DNA of 64,000 nt, taken from positions 12,897 to 76,896 of the forward strand of contig SMWZ01000029.1 of NCBI GenBank assembly GCA_004356455.1, written 5' to 3'. The translations under genes and the position numbers were made by a program. Origin of the DNA: Deltaproteobacteria bacterium (GTDB lineage Bacteria; Myxococcota_A; UBA9160; SZUA-336). How positions within the stretch are numbered: position 1 is the stretch's first letter; each line of letters opens with the position of its first letter. Below are positions 28,964 to 40,143 of the stretch, one piece after another. The notes under the pieces were generated by a model. That model did no database searches. It was not told the origin of the DNA and saw only the letters and a program-made list of their open reading frames with translations.

Positions 28964-29734
28964 ATGAGCGAGCTGTTTTCGGTCAAGGGCAAAGTCGTCC
29001 TGGTGACGGGGGGATCCCGTGGAATCGGTCTAATGATCGCGCGGGGCTTCGTCGAGGCGGGCGCCAAGGTCTATATCTCGTCGCGCAAAAAGCAGGTCTG
29101 CGATGAGGTTGCACGGGAGCTCTCCGAGCTGGGGAACTGTATCTCGGTCCCAGCCGATCTCTCCAGCGAGGCCGGCGTCGAGCAGCTGGCGGGCGAGATC
29201 GCGGGTCGTGAATCCTCGCTGCACGTGCTGGTGAACAATGCGGGCGCCAACTGGGGAGCGCCGTTTGCAGACTACCCGGCCTCAGCCTTCGACAAGCTCT
29301 TCGCCCTGAACGTCAAGGCGGTCTTTCTGCTCACGCGTGAGCTCGTACCACTGCTCGAGCAGGCCGCGCGGCCCGGCGATCCCGCGCGCGTGATCAACGT
29401 TGGCTCGGCCGACGGCGTCCGGCCACCAGCGCTCGAGGTCTACGCCTACGGCGCCAGCAAGGCAGCCCTGCACCATCTCACCCGTCACCTGGCGCGCAAG
29501 CTTGCACGGCAGCTCATCACCGTGAACGCCGTCGCGCCCGGCCCCTTCGAGAGCAAGATGATGGAGGCCACGCTGGAGAAGCTGCGCGAGCAAGTGATCG
29601 CGGCCGTTCCGCTCAGACGGATCGGGGAGCCCGAGGACATGGCCGGCATCGCGATCTACCTCGCGTCCCGGGCGGGCGCCTACGTGACGGGCACGGTCAT
29701 CTCCGTGGACGGGGGCATGGCCACCTGTGGCTAG
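28964..29734 (+). CDS. SDR-family oxidoreductase
   Basis: TGGSRGIG, VNNAG, YGASK, NAVAPG. Confidence 0.93.
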   Translation: MSELFSVKGKVVLVTGGSRGIGLMIARGFVEAGAKVYISSRKKQVCDEVARELSELGNCISVPADLSSEAGVEQLAGEIAGRESSLHVLVNNAGANWGAPFADYPASAFDKLFALNVKAVFLLTRELVPLLEQAARPGDPARVINVGSADGVRPPALEVYAYGASKAALHHLTRHLARKLARQLITVNAVAPGPFESKMMEATLEKLREQVIAAVPLRRIGEPEDMAGIAIYLASRAGAYVTGTVISVDGGMATCG

Positions 29735-31011
29735 ACAACGCCCGGCTCTGCCGCTGGCAGTCTCAAGAAGCCAAGCACCCCGATCGCGATCAGGTAGAGC
29801 GCAATGAAGGTCTCGAAGGCCAGATCGTAGCTGCCCCGGCGGTCGAAGACGTAGCCGGCGAAGGGCACGCCCAGCATCTGGATCGGAAGCATGCAGGGAC
29901 TCATCAGTCCCATGACACGACCGAAGGCAAAGCGGCCGAAGGCGGCCCCGATAAGCGCTCCCCAGAGCGGGATGAGCCCGCCCATGCCCAACCCAAAAAA
30001 GGCGGACGCCACAAGCAACGAGCTATAGCCGCTCGCCTTCAGGACCAGACCGACCCCGAGCGCCTGCAGCCCGCTGGCCAGCCAGAAACCCACGCGCTTG
30101 TCCCCATGATCCGTAAGCCAGCCGAAGAGCAGCTTCCCGATCACGCCCATGCCGGCCATGCAGGAGAGCACATACGCCGCCGCTTCCGACGAGATGCCGA
30201 GGTCCGTCGCGTGCGGGATGATGTGTGTCAGGATCGCCCCCATCGCGCAGAAGTTCAACGCGACCGCGATGGAGATGATCCAGAAGTTGGCATCGCGGAA
30301 TGTGTGTCGAGCGGACCAGTTGAAGGAGGCCGCATGGTCAATGATCTGACCCCCGGGGGCCAGTGGGAGCGTTGGCTCGAGCGGCTCCAGCGAGCCTGCG
30401 CAGTCGCGCACACCCTCGCTCCCGTCCGGCTCGAGCCCGAGGTCCTCGGGCCGATCGACGATCGTGAGCCACACGATGGGCAGCACGACGACCAAAGTCA
30501 CACCTGCGAAGAGAACGAAGGTGAGACGCCAGCCGTAGCTCGCGATGAGCTGAGTCGCGACCGGGGCCATGACCAGGCCCGAAGCGGAGATGCCCATGGT
30601 GGCGATCCCCAGCGCGATGCCCCTGCGCCGGATGAACCAGTTGGCGACGAGCGTCGACCCCGAGAGACCCCCGAGCATGGCGGCACCGACGGCCAGTATG
30701 GTCCCCAGGATGAAGTGGAAGTGCCAGAGCTCACTGACCTGCGAGATCAGCAAGAACCCGGCGCCCATGAGAACGGCGCCCAGCGCCATGATGTTTCGGA
30801 TGGAGCCCCGGTCGAGGGCGCGTCCGAGAAAGGGCGCGAAGATACCCGTGACCAGCTGCATCACCGTGAGTCCGATCGAGACCCCGAGACGCGATCCTCC
30901 GAAGTCCGCTTCGAGCGCTTTGAAGAAGGCGCCGTAAGCGTAGAAGATGAACCCCACCGAGACGAAGTGTGTGAGGGAGGTGACGAGAACGATTCTCCAG
31001 CCCGTGAACAC
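29731..31011 (-). CDS. MFS transporter (OFA/MCT-like)
   Basis: About 12 TM, GRALDRGS, NWFIRRRGIALGI, GWLTDHG; GTG start inferred. Confidence 0.88.
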   Translation of the reverse strand: MFTGWRIVLVTSLTHFVSVGFIFYAYGAFFKALEADFGGSRLGVSIGLTVMQLVTGIFAPFLGRALDRGSIRNIMALGAVLMGAGFLLISQVSELWHFHFILGTILAVGAAMLGGLSGSTLVANWFIRRRGIALGIATMGISASGLVMAPVATQLIASYGWRLTFVLFAGVTLVVVLPIVWLTIVDRPEDLGLEPDGSEGVRDCAGSLEPLEPTLPLAPGGQIIDHAASFNWSARHTFRDANFWIISIAVALNFCAMGAILTHIIPHATDLGISSEAAAYVLSCMAGMGVIGKLLFGWLTDHGDKRVGFWLASGLQALGVGLVLKASGYSSLLVASAFFGLGMGGLIPLWGALIGAAFGRFAFGRVMGLMSPCMLPIQMLGVPFAGYVFDRRGSYDLAFETFIALYLIAIGVLGFLRLPAAEPGVV

Positions 31012-31046
31012 GGACGCCAGCTTCGCATGAGCCCACCGGCTGTCAA

Positions 31047-32300
31047 GTGACCTCATCCAGCACCGCGTTCAACCAAGCGGTCCAGCGAAATCTTCGACGC
31101 AACTACCTGGTACAGCTCGCGCACGGCTTGTTCGGGCAGACGGGGTTCCGCCTGATTCAGGCGCCCACCTTCATCCCAGCGTATGTCTATACGCTCTCGG
31201 GATCCGAGCTGATGGTGGGCGTGGCCCGTGCGTGTCAGGCGCTGGGTCAAGCGCTAACACCGGTGCTGGGGGCGACTCTGGTGGAGCATCGGCGGCGTGT
31301 GCTCTCGCTAGCGCTCGTAGTGGGCGCGCTCATGCGCCTGCAGGTGCTGGGAATCGCCTTGGCCGGGATTCTCCTCTCCGCAACCTGGAACCTGGTTGCG
31401 CTGTGCCTGCTGCTGGGGCTCTTCGGTTTCTTCCTCGGCATTCAGGGCGTGGTCTTCAATTTTCTGCGTGCGAAGACGATTCCGCCCGAGCAACGCGGCC
31501 TGCTGGCGGGTCTGCGAAATGCGCTCGCCGGTGTCTGTGCCAGCGCGGTGGCCTATCTGGGTGGGCGCTACCTGATCGAGCCCGAGGTGCTCGGGAACGG
31601 CTACGCGGCGGTATTCGGGGTTGCCTTCCTGCTCACGGCGTTGGGACTCTCGATGCTCGCGCTGGTGCGCGAGCCCGATTCTCCCGAGGTGCGCGAGCGA
31701 TCCGGTGTGATGGCGCGGCTGCGCGACCTGCCCGCGCTGATGCGCTCGGACCGCAATTTCACCATGTACTTCCTGGCGCGTGCGCTCGGAAGCATGGGAC
31801 GCATGGCGCTGCCCTACTACGTGCTCTTCGCCGGCACCCGGGTCGAGCTGACGGGGGGCACGCTCGGCATCCTGACCGCGGCATTTCTCATCGGACAGAC
31901 CGGCATCAACCTGATCTGGGGCATCCTCGCCGACCGACGCGGCTTCCGCATCGTCTTCAACGCGTCGCTCCTGGTCTGGATCCTGGCGGTCTTGCTGCTG
32001 ATGCAGACCACGGATCTGCTGCCGCTCAGTTTTGCCTTCGTGGCGCTGGGCACGGGCGTGGGAGGGTTCATGCTGGCGGCGCAGAACCTGGTGTTGGAGT
32101 TCGGGTCGCTCAAGAACCTCCCCATGCGCATCGCGGTTGCCAACTCCGTCAGCGAGCTCACGACGATCGTGGGGCCGCTCCTGGGCGGTGTGCTTGTAAT
32201 GAGCGTGTCGTATCTACCGGTATTCTGGATCGCGATCGTGTTCAAGTGCGCCGCGATCGTGATCATGACTCGCTACGTGTCCGAGCCGCGGCACCGTTGA
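31047..32300 (+). CDS. MFS transporter
   Basis: About 12 TM, IPPEQRG, WGILADRRGFR. Confidence 0.85.
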   Translation: MTSSSTAFNQAVQRNLRRNYLVQLAHGLFGQTGFRLIQAPTFIPAYVYTLSGSELMVGVARACQALGQALTPVLGATLVEHRRRVLSLALVVGALMRLQVLGIALAGILLSATWNLVALCLLLGLFGFFLGIQGVVFNFLRAKTIPPEQRGLLAGLRNALAGVCASAVAYLGGRYLIEPEVLGNGYAAVFGVAFLLTALGLSMLALVREPDSPEVRERSGVMARLRDLPALMRSDRNFTMYFLARALGSMGRMALPYYVLFAGTRVELTGGTLGILTAAFLIGQTGINLIWGILADRRGFRIVFNASLLVWILAVLLLMQTTDLLPLSFAFVALGTGVGGFMLAAQNLVLEFGSLKNLPMRIAVANSVSELTTIVGPLLGGVLVMSVSYLPVFWIAIVFKCAAIVIMTRYVSEPRHR

Positions 32301-32308
32301 GATGCCGG

Positions 32309-33091
32309 CTAAATTCCACCCTCGTACTCACGACCGCGCACGCACCGGTAGGGGCGCCGTCCCGACGTCCCCCCGCCCTCGATATAGGCGCAAGCCGCAC
32401 TCGCAAAGTGGGCCGAGATGGCTCGCCGAAAAGACCGCGAACGGTTTCGTCCGGACCCGTGTAGCAGGAGTGGATGGAAGAACACCGAATCTCCCGGCTG
32501 CATCTCCAGATGGAGCCGGTCCGGGTGCCTGCCCACGCCGGCCGCACCAAAATAGGCGAGGTTGAGGTGCTCCCAGTCAGGATTCTCGTGTTTGAGAAGC
32601 TCCCCACGATGCGAGCCCGGGACGACGACGAGGCAGCCGTTCTCCTTCGTGATCCGTTGCAGCGCGGTCCAAATCGCTACGATTTTGTTGGCCGGACGGA
32701 AGGGAAAGTAGAGCAGGTCCTGGTGCAGGGGGTGGCGGCCGTCCACGTTGGGCGGCTTGTTGATGAGCATGGTGTGGATCGATTTAATATCGGGACCCAC
32801 GAAGTCCTCGACCCAGTCCAACAGCCTGTCGTGGAGCGCGTAGCTGTAGAGGACGGGATCGTTCTCGAAGTCCTGAAGCTTGGCGATGGCCTCGGCTGGC
32901 GATTTCGGATTGATGACACCCTTCGCGACCATCACGTCGCGCATCACGAGCATATGCTCGGCGGGCTCAACCTCACCGTTGACGATGGCCTCAAAGCGCT
33001 CGAGCCAGACCGCCAGCTCGTCCTGCCCGAACAGGCGGGGCACCACGAGATACCCCTGCTTCTGGTAGAATTGCGCCTGCTCCGGAGTCAC
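32309..33091 (-). CDS. Phytanoyl-CoA dioxygenase (PhyH) family
   Basis: MLINKPP, HQD, ENGCLVVVPGSH, HPLLLHGSG.N.S..R. Confidence 0.92.
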   Translation of the reverse strand: MTPEQAQFYQKQGYLVVPRLFGQDELAVWLERFEAIVNGEVEPAEHMLVMRDVMVAKGVINPKSPAEAIAKLQDFENDPVLYSYALHDRLLDWVEDFVGPDIKSIHTMLINKPPNVDGRHPLHQDLLYFPFRPANKIVAIWTALQRITKENGCLVVVPGSHRGELLKHENPDWEHLNLAYFGAAGVGRHPDRLHLEMQPGDSVFFHPLLLHGSGRNRSRSFRRAISAHFASAACAYIEGGGTSGRRPYRCVRGREYEGGI

Positions 33092-33128
33092 GTCTCTATT
33101 CTAGCGTGGCGGGGAGACAATCCTAACC

Positions 33129-34475
<1,347 letters not shown>

Positions 34476-34546
34476 ACAAAAGGCCAGCGCCGACCGCGTC
34501 GGCGACGGCCTTCCGTCTCTGCGGGCGTCAGCCTCGGAGCTAAAAT

Positions 34547-35296
34547 CTACCTGCGACCGCCGCGCTGTCCTCGGCTGCCTCGATGTCCCTGGCGGTCGCT
34601 GCGCTGGTCCGCGCGGTCGTTGCGCCGGTCCACGCGGTCGCTGCGCCGGTCCACGCGGTCGTTGCGCCGGTCCACGCGGTCGCTGCGCCGGTCCGCGCGT
34701 CGATCCGTTACGTCGCTGCGCCGGTCCTGGCGTCGCTCGGCACGCTCGCCGTGCCGGTCCTGACGTCGCTCGGCCCGCTCGCTGCGCCGCTCCTGGCGTT
34801 GCTCGGCCCGCTGCCTGCGCCGCTCGGCCCGCTCACCATCTTGACCCTGGCGCTCGCCCGCGTGCTCGCCCCGTCGGTCCAGCTGGTTATCGATGCGCTC
34901 GCCCTTGCGATCCAGGCGCCGGTCGATGCGGTCGCCCTTGTTGTCCAGGCGCTGGTCGATGCGATCGCCTCTGCGATCCAGACGCTCTTGGATACGGTCG
35001 CCTTTCCGGTCCAGGCGTTCGGCCAGACCGTGCCTACCCGCTTCCTCAGCTCGCTCCGACAGGCGATCGAAGTGCTCATCCATGCGCTCGCCCTTACGAT
35101 CCAGGCGCTCGTTCACGCGGTCGCCCCTGCGATCCAGGCGTTCATCGATGCGATCACCCTGGCGATCGAGACGCTGCTCGATGCGGTCGCCCTTGCGGTC
35201 GAGCCGATCTTCAAGCTCCGCCTCGGCCAGGGCGGGGCCCGTGGCCAAACCCAAACCCGTAGCCATCACAACCGAATACAGACCTAGCCTGCTCAT
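34547..35296 (-). CDS. Secreted Arg/Asp-rich repeat protein
   Basis: Signal peptide ending ALA, 11-aa RLDRKGDRI.E repeats then 7-aa DRRSDRV repeats; SD GAGGAG. Confidence 0.75.
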   Translation of the reverse strand: MSRLGLYSVVMATGLGLATGPALAEAELEDRLDRKGDRIEQRLDRQGDRIDERLDRRGDRVNERLDRKGERMDEHFDRLSERAEEAGRHGLAERLDRKGDRIQERLDRRGDRIDQRLDNKGDRIDRRLDRKGERIDNQLDRRGEHAGERQGQDGERAERRRQRAEQRQERRSERAERRQDRHGERAERRQDRRSDVTDRRADRRSDRVDRRNDRVDRRSDRVDRRNDRADQRSDRQGHRGSRGQRGGRR

Positions 35297-35521
35297 TTCT
35301 GAAATCTCCTCAGAGACGGTGCCTATGGCCCCCCCCGTTCACCCGTCAAACCGGCGAGCGTCCCAACGGTTTCGTTGGCGGGCCGAGCTGCCTAGGAGCT
35401 GCCGGTTCGGCCAGGCGCTGCCAGCGGCCGTCCGTTCGCGCGTTATCGGCCACCCGCCCGCGCCGCTGAAGCGCCCTCTCTTCTTACGCGTAACTTTCTC
35501 TGGAGAGCTGATCGCCCAGCC

Positions 35522-35854
35522 TCAGGCGCGTCGGGCCTTCCACTGGTAGCGCGTAAGCGGGATCCAACCCCGTCGGTCGCAGCGCACCCCCTCGCGCTCG
35601 AGCAGGCGCAGCTGCAAGCCCTCCCATCCCGGAAGCGCGCGCGGGCTGACCTGCCCCCTGGCGTTGATCACCCTCTGCCACGGGACGCGGCTGCCGTGGG
35701 GCAGCGCGTGCAGCGCGTAGCCCACGAGCCTGGCGTGCCTGGGAAAGCCCGCCAGCCGGGCCACCTGACCGTAGGTCGCCACCCGGCCGCGCGGAATACG
35801 CTTTACGACCACGTAGATCCCGGCGTAGCTGCTTTTGGATCCCCCTCTCGTCAC
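35522..35854 (-). CDS. Alkyltransferase-like protein (MGMT family, Atl/YbaZ type)
   Basis: IPRGRVATYGQVA, ARLVG, PWQRV (Trp replacing catalytic Cys), Q..LLE.EGV. Confidence 0.9.
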   Translation of the reverse strand: MTRGGSKSSYAGIYVVVKRIPRGRVATYGQVARLAGFPRHARLVGYALHALPHGSRVPWQRVINARGQVSPRALPGWEGLQLRLLEREGVRCDRRGWIPLTRYQWKARRA

Positions 35855-35885
35855 GCGGCAATCTTATCCGAGCGCATCTCAGTCT

Positions 35886-35909
35886 AAACTTGACTAATTT
35901 GTCCAGTTT
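35886..35909. promoter_or_regulatory. Palindromic operator (Rrf2/IscR-like) overlapping a TTGACT -35
   Basis: AAACTTGAC-TAATTT-GTCCAGTTT (8/9 inverted match), 16 nt upstream of mrp ATG. Confidence 0.55.
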
Positions 35910-35925
35910 GGTAGACAGCCAACCC

Positions 35926-37038
35926 ATGGGTCAGATCAGCGAAGCCGACGTGCTCGAGGCGCTGCGCCCGATCGAGGATCCTGACTTCCATCGCTCGATC
36001 GTCGACCTGGGCTTCGTCAAGAACGTCCAGCTCGACGGAGGGCGCGTGTCCTTCGCGATCGAGCTCACGACGCCGGCCTGTCCCGTGAAGGAGCAGTTCA
36101 AGCAAGCCGCCGAGCGGGCGGTGTCCGCCCTCGCGGGCGTGAACGAGGTCGAGGTCACCATGACCGCGAACACGCGCGGCTCGAGGCCCAGCTCGGGCAA
36201 CGGCGGCAAGCCAGAGATCCTGAAGAGCGTCCGCAACGTGATCGCAGTCGCCAGCGGTAAAGGGGGCGTAGGCAAGTCGACCGTGGCCGTCAACCTCGCC
36301 CTCGCGCTCCAGCAGCTCGGCGCCCGGGTGGGGGTTCTCGACTGCGATATCTATGGCCCCTCGATTCCCCTCATGCTCCACGTCTCGGGTGAGCCGCGCG
36401 TGACGCCCGAGCGAAAGCTCGTGCCCAAGGAAAGCTACGGGCTCGAGCTGATGTCGATCGGGTTCCTGGCTGGCGAGGACGCGCCCGTGATCTGGCGCGG
36501 ACCGATGGTGCACGGCATTATTCGTCAGTTCCTCTCCGACGTGCTGTGGGGCGAGCTCGACTATCTGGTGCTCGACCTGCCTCCGGGCACGGGCGACGCC
36601 GCGCTTACACTCACACAGACCGCTCCCCTCTCGGGCGCGATCATTGTGACCACCCCCCAAGAGGTGGCGCTGATCGACGCGCGCAAGGGGCTCAAGATGT
36701 TCCAGCGCGTCAACGTGCCGGTGCTCGGGATCGTCGAGAACATGAGCTACTTCATCTGCTCCGGCTGCCAGCAGCGCCACACGCTCTTCGGCGAGGGCGG
36801 AGTCGAGCGTACCGCTGAGGATCTGGGCGTACCGCTGCTGGTGAAGATTCCGCTGCAGCCCGACGTCGTCGCTGCGGGGGACAAGGGCAATCCCACCGTG
36901 CTCTCGGCACCCGGCTCGCCCGCGGGCGAGGCCTTTATCGAGCTGGCCGGCACCGTGGCACGCAAGCTCTCGCTCCTGACCGCGGAGGCCCCGCCACTCC
37001 TCGACGGCAACATCGAGTGGGTGAACACGCCGGGATGA
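35926..37038 (+). CDS. apbC: Mrp/NBP35 (ApbC) Fe-S cluster carrier ATPase
   Basis: TTPACP, ASGKGGVGKST, DCDIYGPS, WRGPM, DLPPGTGD, ENMSYFICSGC. Confidence 0.95.
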   Translation: MGQISEADVLEALRPIEDPDFHRSIVDLGFVKNVQLDGGRVSFAIELTTPACPVKEQFKQAAERAVSALAGVNEVEVTMTANTRGSRPSSGNGGKPEILKSVRNVIAVASGKGGVGKSTVAVNLALALQQLGARVGVLDCDIYGPSIPLMLHVSGEPRVTPERKLVPKESYGLELMSIGFLAGEDAPVIWRGPMVHGIIRQFLSDVLWGELDYLVLDLPPGTGDAALTLTQTAPLSGAIIVTTPQEVALIDARKGLKMFQRVNVPVLGIVENMSYFICSGCQQRHTLFGEGGVERTAEDLGVPLLVKIPLQPDVVAAGDKGNPTVLSAPGSPAGEAFIELAGTVARKLSLLTAEAPPLLDGNIEWVNTPG

Positions 37039-37358
37039 AGATCGTCCGCTGGGACGCCGCCGCACACCGATTCTCCCCCGAGAAGATGCAGAAGGTCGGA
37101 CTCTTCTCCTCGGAGCGATTCTTCCTCGACCTCTACTGCCTCGAGCCCGGACAGTCACAGAAGCCGCACGCGCACGATGGCTCCGACAAGGTCTACCTGG
37201 TGGTGGAGGGACGCGGTCGCTTCCGGGTGGCCGGGGAGGAGCAGAGCCTCGGCGCGGGCGAGGGCGTGATGGCCGGCGCGGGGGACGTTCACGGCATCGC
37301 GAACGACTCCGAGGAGCGGCTGGTGGTGCTTACGCTCATGGCTCCACCTCCGCAGTAA
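37035..37358 (+). CDS. Cupin domain protein
   Basis: LEPGQSQKPHAH..K.Y.V.EG, G..HGI.N; ATGA overlap with mrp. Confidence 0.85.
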   Translation: MKIVRWDAAAHRFSPEKMQKVGLFSSERFFLDLYCLEPGQSQKPHAHDGSDKVYLVVEGRGRFRVAGEEQSLGAGEGVMAGAGDVHGIANDSEERLVVLTLMAPPPQ

Positions 37359-38568
37359 GGAGCGCCCGACCCTCCGAGTCCCGCGGCGGCTCGATGCCCA
37401 GGAGCCACGTCACGGTGGGCGCCACGTCGATGGCACGCACTGGACCGAGCTTGGTCCCAGGCGCCACACCTCGTCCCATCGCGTAGAAGATTCCGCCCAT
37501 CTCGGGCTCGTCTGGCGCATAGCCATGCCCGCCCTGCACCCGCCCGAGACGACGCAGCACCCGCTGCATCAAGGACGCGCGCTGGAAGCCGTACGGCGGC
37601 CGCGTGAGCACCACAATGTCGGCGCTACGCTGGGGGTGGTAGGCGCGCAGCTCCGGCGGGAGCTCTTCGCTGGCGTAGGCCCGGACATTCTCGGTCTGCG
37701 ACAGCACCGAGAGCGCCCGCTCGCGTTGACCTCGATCGCGGAGCAGTAGATACGCCGTGCCCCCCGCGTGGATGACGCGGGTCCGGATTCCCTCGGCCGC
37801 CAGCAGGCCCTTGACGTCGATGCTCCGGCTCACCTCCGCCATGCCATGATCGCTCACGACCAGTAGCGTGGTCCGAGCCCAGGCCCTGCGCGCGTCCAGG
37901 CCCTCGAGCAGCCGTGTGAGCTCGCGATCTTGCCACGCGAGCTGCCTGGAGACGCTGCGATCATCCGGACCGCGCTCGTGGCCGGCGGCGTCGCAGCCGT
38001 GCCACCAGGAGAGGATGAGGCGGGGCCTCTCCGGCTCGGGCAGGTCCAGCCAGGCCAGCACCTGATCCACCTTCTCACTTTCGGGCACGCCGCTGTCGAA
38101 CGGTGACTTGCGATAGCTCGCCCCGGTCCCGTTCCAGTCGTTCTCCGAGCCCACCCAGAAGAAGACCGCCGCACGCACCCCCTGCCGCTCAGCCGCCACC
38201 CACAGCGGCTCGGCCTCGATCCAGCTGGCATCGTTGGAGTAGTGGAAGGTCCCACGTTCGCGATCGTGGAAGCTGTTCCCGACGATGCCGTGGCGATCGG
38301 CGTAGGTCCCGGTCGCCAGCGCGACGTGATTGGGAAAGGTGTTGGCCGGAAACACCGGCACCAGCCGCTCCGCGCGCACGCCCTCGCTCGCCATGCGCTC
38401 CAGCGCCGGCAGCGAAGTGCGCTCGGGGAAATCGTGGCGCGTACCGTCCCACGAGAGCAGGATCACGACGGGGTCAGGGGCTCCTGTGGAGCTCGGCAGG
38501 ACCAGCGCGGGCAACGCTGAGCAAAGTACCAGCCTCGGGAGTTTCGCTATGATGTCTTTAATTCGCAT
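37336..38568 (-). CDS. Nucleotide pyrophosphatase/phosphodiesterase (alkaline phosphatase superfamily)
   Basis: LSWDG, P.NTFPNH..LATG, D..GH..GP, VSDHGM, G.HGY; start uncertain. Confidence 0.9.
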   Translation of the reverse strand: MRIKDIIAKLPRLVLCSALPALVLPSSTGAPDPVVILLSWDGTRHDFPERTSLPALERMASEGVRAERLVPVFPANTFPNHVALATGTYADRHGIVGNSFHDRERGTFHYSNDASWIEAEPLWVAAERQGVRAAVFFWVGSENDWNGTGASYRKSPFDSGVPESEKVDQVLAWLDLPEPERPRLILSWWHGCDAAGHERGPDDRSVSRQLAWQDRELTRLLEGLDARRAWARTTLLVVSDHGMAEVSRSIDVKGLLAAEGIRTRVIHAGGTAYLLLRDRGQRERALSVLSQTENVRAYASEELPPELRAYHPQRSADIVVLTRPPYGFQRASLMQRVLRRLGRVQGGHGYAPDEPEMGGIFYAMGRGVAPGTKLGPVRAIDVAPTVTWLLGIEPPRDSEGRALLTAEVEP

Positions 38569-38598
38569 GAGCAGAGAACGGCTCGAGCGAGGGGACGA

Positions 38599-39093
38599 AT
38601 GAGGATTCAATACTTTAAAACTCGTGCGAGGGCCATCATCGCGGCCGCAGTGCTAGTTGGCATGGTCCCGACGTTCGCTGGAGGTTGCTTCGGCACCTTC
38701 CAGCTGACCGAGAAAGTCTACGATTTTAACAGGACGATCTCTCACGATAAGTGGATCCAATGGTTCGCTTTTCTGGTCTTCGCCATCGTCCCGATCTACC
38801 TGATCTCGTTCGGGGTTGATCTGGTCTTGGCCAACTCGGTGGAGTTCTGGGGCGGACGCAACCCGATCACGGCCTATGGCCCAAATGGCGAGATCCTGAC
38901 GGCCACCCCTGTCTCCGACGGGATGGTTCGGCTCGAGATCACAGACGCGAAGGGAAGTAAGCATACCCTCCTGCTCGTGCGTGAAGCCGAGAGCATTGCC
39001 GCCTTCAGCACGTCGGGCAGCGTGCTGGCGAGGGTCGCGGATGTGAACGGAAAGCCCGCCATCGTGGGAGGTCTTCTCGCCCGAGAGCCTTAG
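38599..39093 (+). CDS. DUF3332-like protein
   Basis: GCFGTFQLT..VYDFN, PIY..D....NSVEFWGGRNP. Confidence 0.75.
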   Translation: MRIQYFKTRARAIIAAAVLVGMVPTFAGGCFGTFQLTEKVYDFNRTISHDKWIQWFAFLVFAIVPIYLISFGVDLVLANSVEFWGGRNPITAYGPNGEILTATPVSDGMVRLEITDAKGSKHTLLLVREAESIAAFSTSGSVLARVADVNGKPAIVGGLLAREP

Positions 39094-39098
39094 CCAAG

Positions 39099-39761
39099 AT
39101 GCGCAGGTCCATCCTGGCCATCTGCTTCCTGGTCGGAGTCTCGTGTAGTCCGGCAGCGACGGGGCACGCGACCAGGGACGAGCTCGTGGCCGCCTTCGTG
39201 GCCGCGCTCAACGCCGACGACCTGGACCAGCTCGAGCGAACGCTGCATCCCGCTTGTCGCGCGCTGATCAGCGGGCCCACTCAAGCCTACTACGAGGACC
39301 TGCTCGAGAAGGATCTGTCGTACACGATCCCGGCGGAGCATGTCGTGACCTACAGCAGCGTGCCGGAGGACCAAGCCCTGCCCTTTGCCCGGCAGTTCGA
39401 CTATCCAGCCCGGCCCACGGACAGCATGACCCTCCAGTTCAAGAGCGATCAGTACTCCTTGGTCTCCATCATCAGATGGATCCGGCAGGATGAGCTCGGC
39501 TGGCACCTCGTGCTCCCGCACCCGAAGGAGGGCACCCTGGCGCTCCTCGCGGAGCAGCGCGTCCGCAAGCAGGAGCTGGAGGTGAGAGCAGAGGAGCTGC
39601 TGCAGAGCATGGCGCCCGAGCTGCGCTCGAAGATCGAGGAGCAGCTGAGAGCGGGTCAGATGCTGGATGCCATAGACGAGTACTCAACCGCAACGGGCGA
39701 GTCGACGGAGATGGCCGTTTCGGTGGTGCAAAGCATCAAGGCAACCGAGGGTTCAAAGTAG
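39099..39761 (+). CDS. Hypothetical lipoprotein
   Basis: MRRSILAICFLVGVSC lipobox-like; GC-biased codons. Confidence 0.6.
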   Translation: MRRSILAICFLVGVSCSPAATGHATRDELVAAFVAALNADDLDQLERTLHPACRALISGPTQAYYEDLLEKDLSYTIPAEHVVTYSSVPEDQALPFARQFDYPARPTDSMTLQFKSDQYSLVSIIRWIRQDELGWHLVLPHPKEGTLALLAEQRVRKQELEVRAEELLQSMAPELRSKIEEQLRAGQMLDAIDEYSTATGESTEMAVSVVQSIKATEGSK

Positions 39762-39779
39762 GCGAGACGACTGACACGC

Positions 39780-40142
39780 ATGGATGTGAACAAGTACCGA
39801 GATCTCTGCGCTCGACCTGATGTGCTTCGACGGGGTGAGCTGGAAGAGACCGTGAGTGCGTTACGCAGGCTCAGGTCGCCGGACGCTCGCTTGGTGGAGG
39901 AGATCTTGGAACAGCCGCCCATCGAGAAGCCCGTCATTCACGCGGCGGGCTCGGAGGCCGACTTCTTCTTTGTGACCCTGGACACCGATGTCGTTGAGTC
40001 CATCGTGGATCAGCTCTTTGAGGCCGAGGCGGCGGCCGTACCCAACGGAGGCGAGACCACGCCTGAGGCCACCCGATTCGCCGAGCTCGTAGACCTCTGG
40101 AATGACTGTCAGGAATACCTCGATAACGGAGGCGCCGCCTAG
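39780..40142 (+). CDS. Hypothetical acidic protein
   Basis: 120-aa ORF with coding-like composition, collinear with neighbours. Confidence 0.6.
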   Translation: MDVNKYRDLCARPDVLRRGELEETVSALRRLRSPDARLVEEILEQPPIEKPVIHAAGSEADFFFVTLDTDVVESIVDQLFEAEAAAVPNGGETTPEATRFAELVDLWNDCQEYLDNGGAA

Positions 40143-40143
40143 G

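Noticed and set aside
34605..34695. 21-bp direct repeats as a possible CRISPR array
   Set aside because: Contiguous in-frame coding repeats with no unique spacers and no cas genes
34583..35287. 234-aa hydrophobic repeat ORF on the + strand
   Set aside because: Antisense shadow of the repeat protein; the minus-strand ORF has the SD and signal peptide
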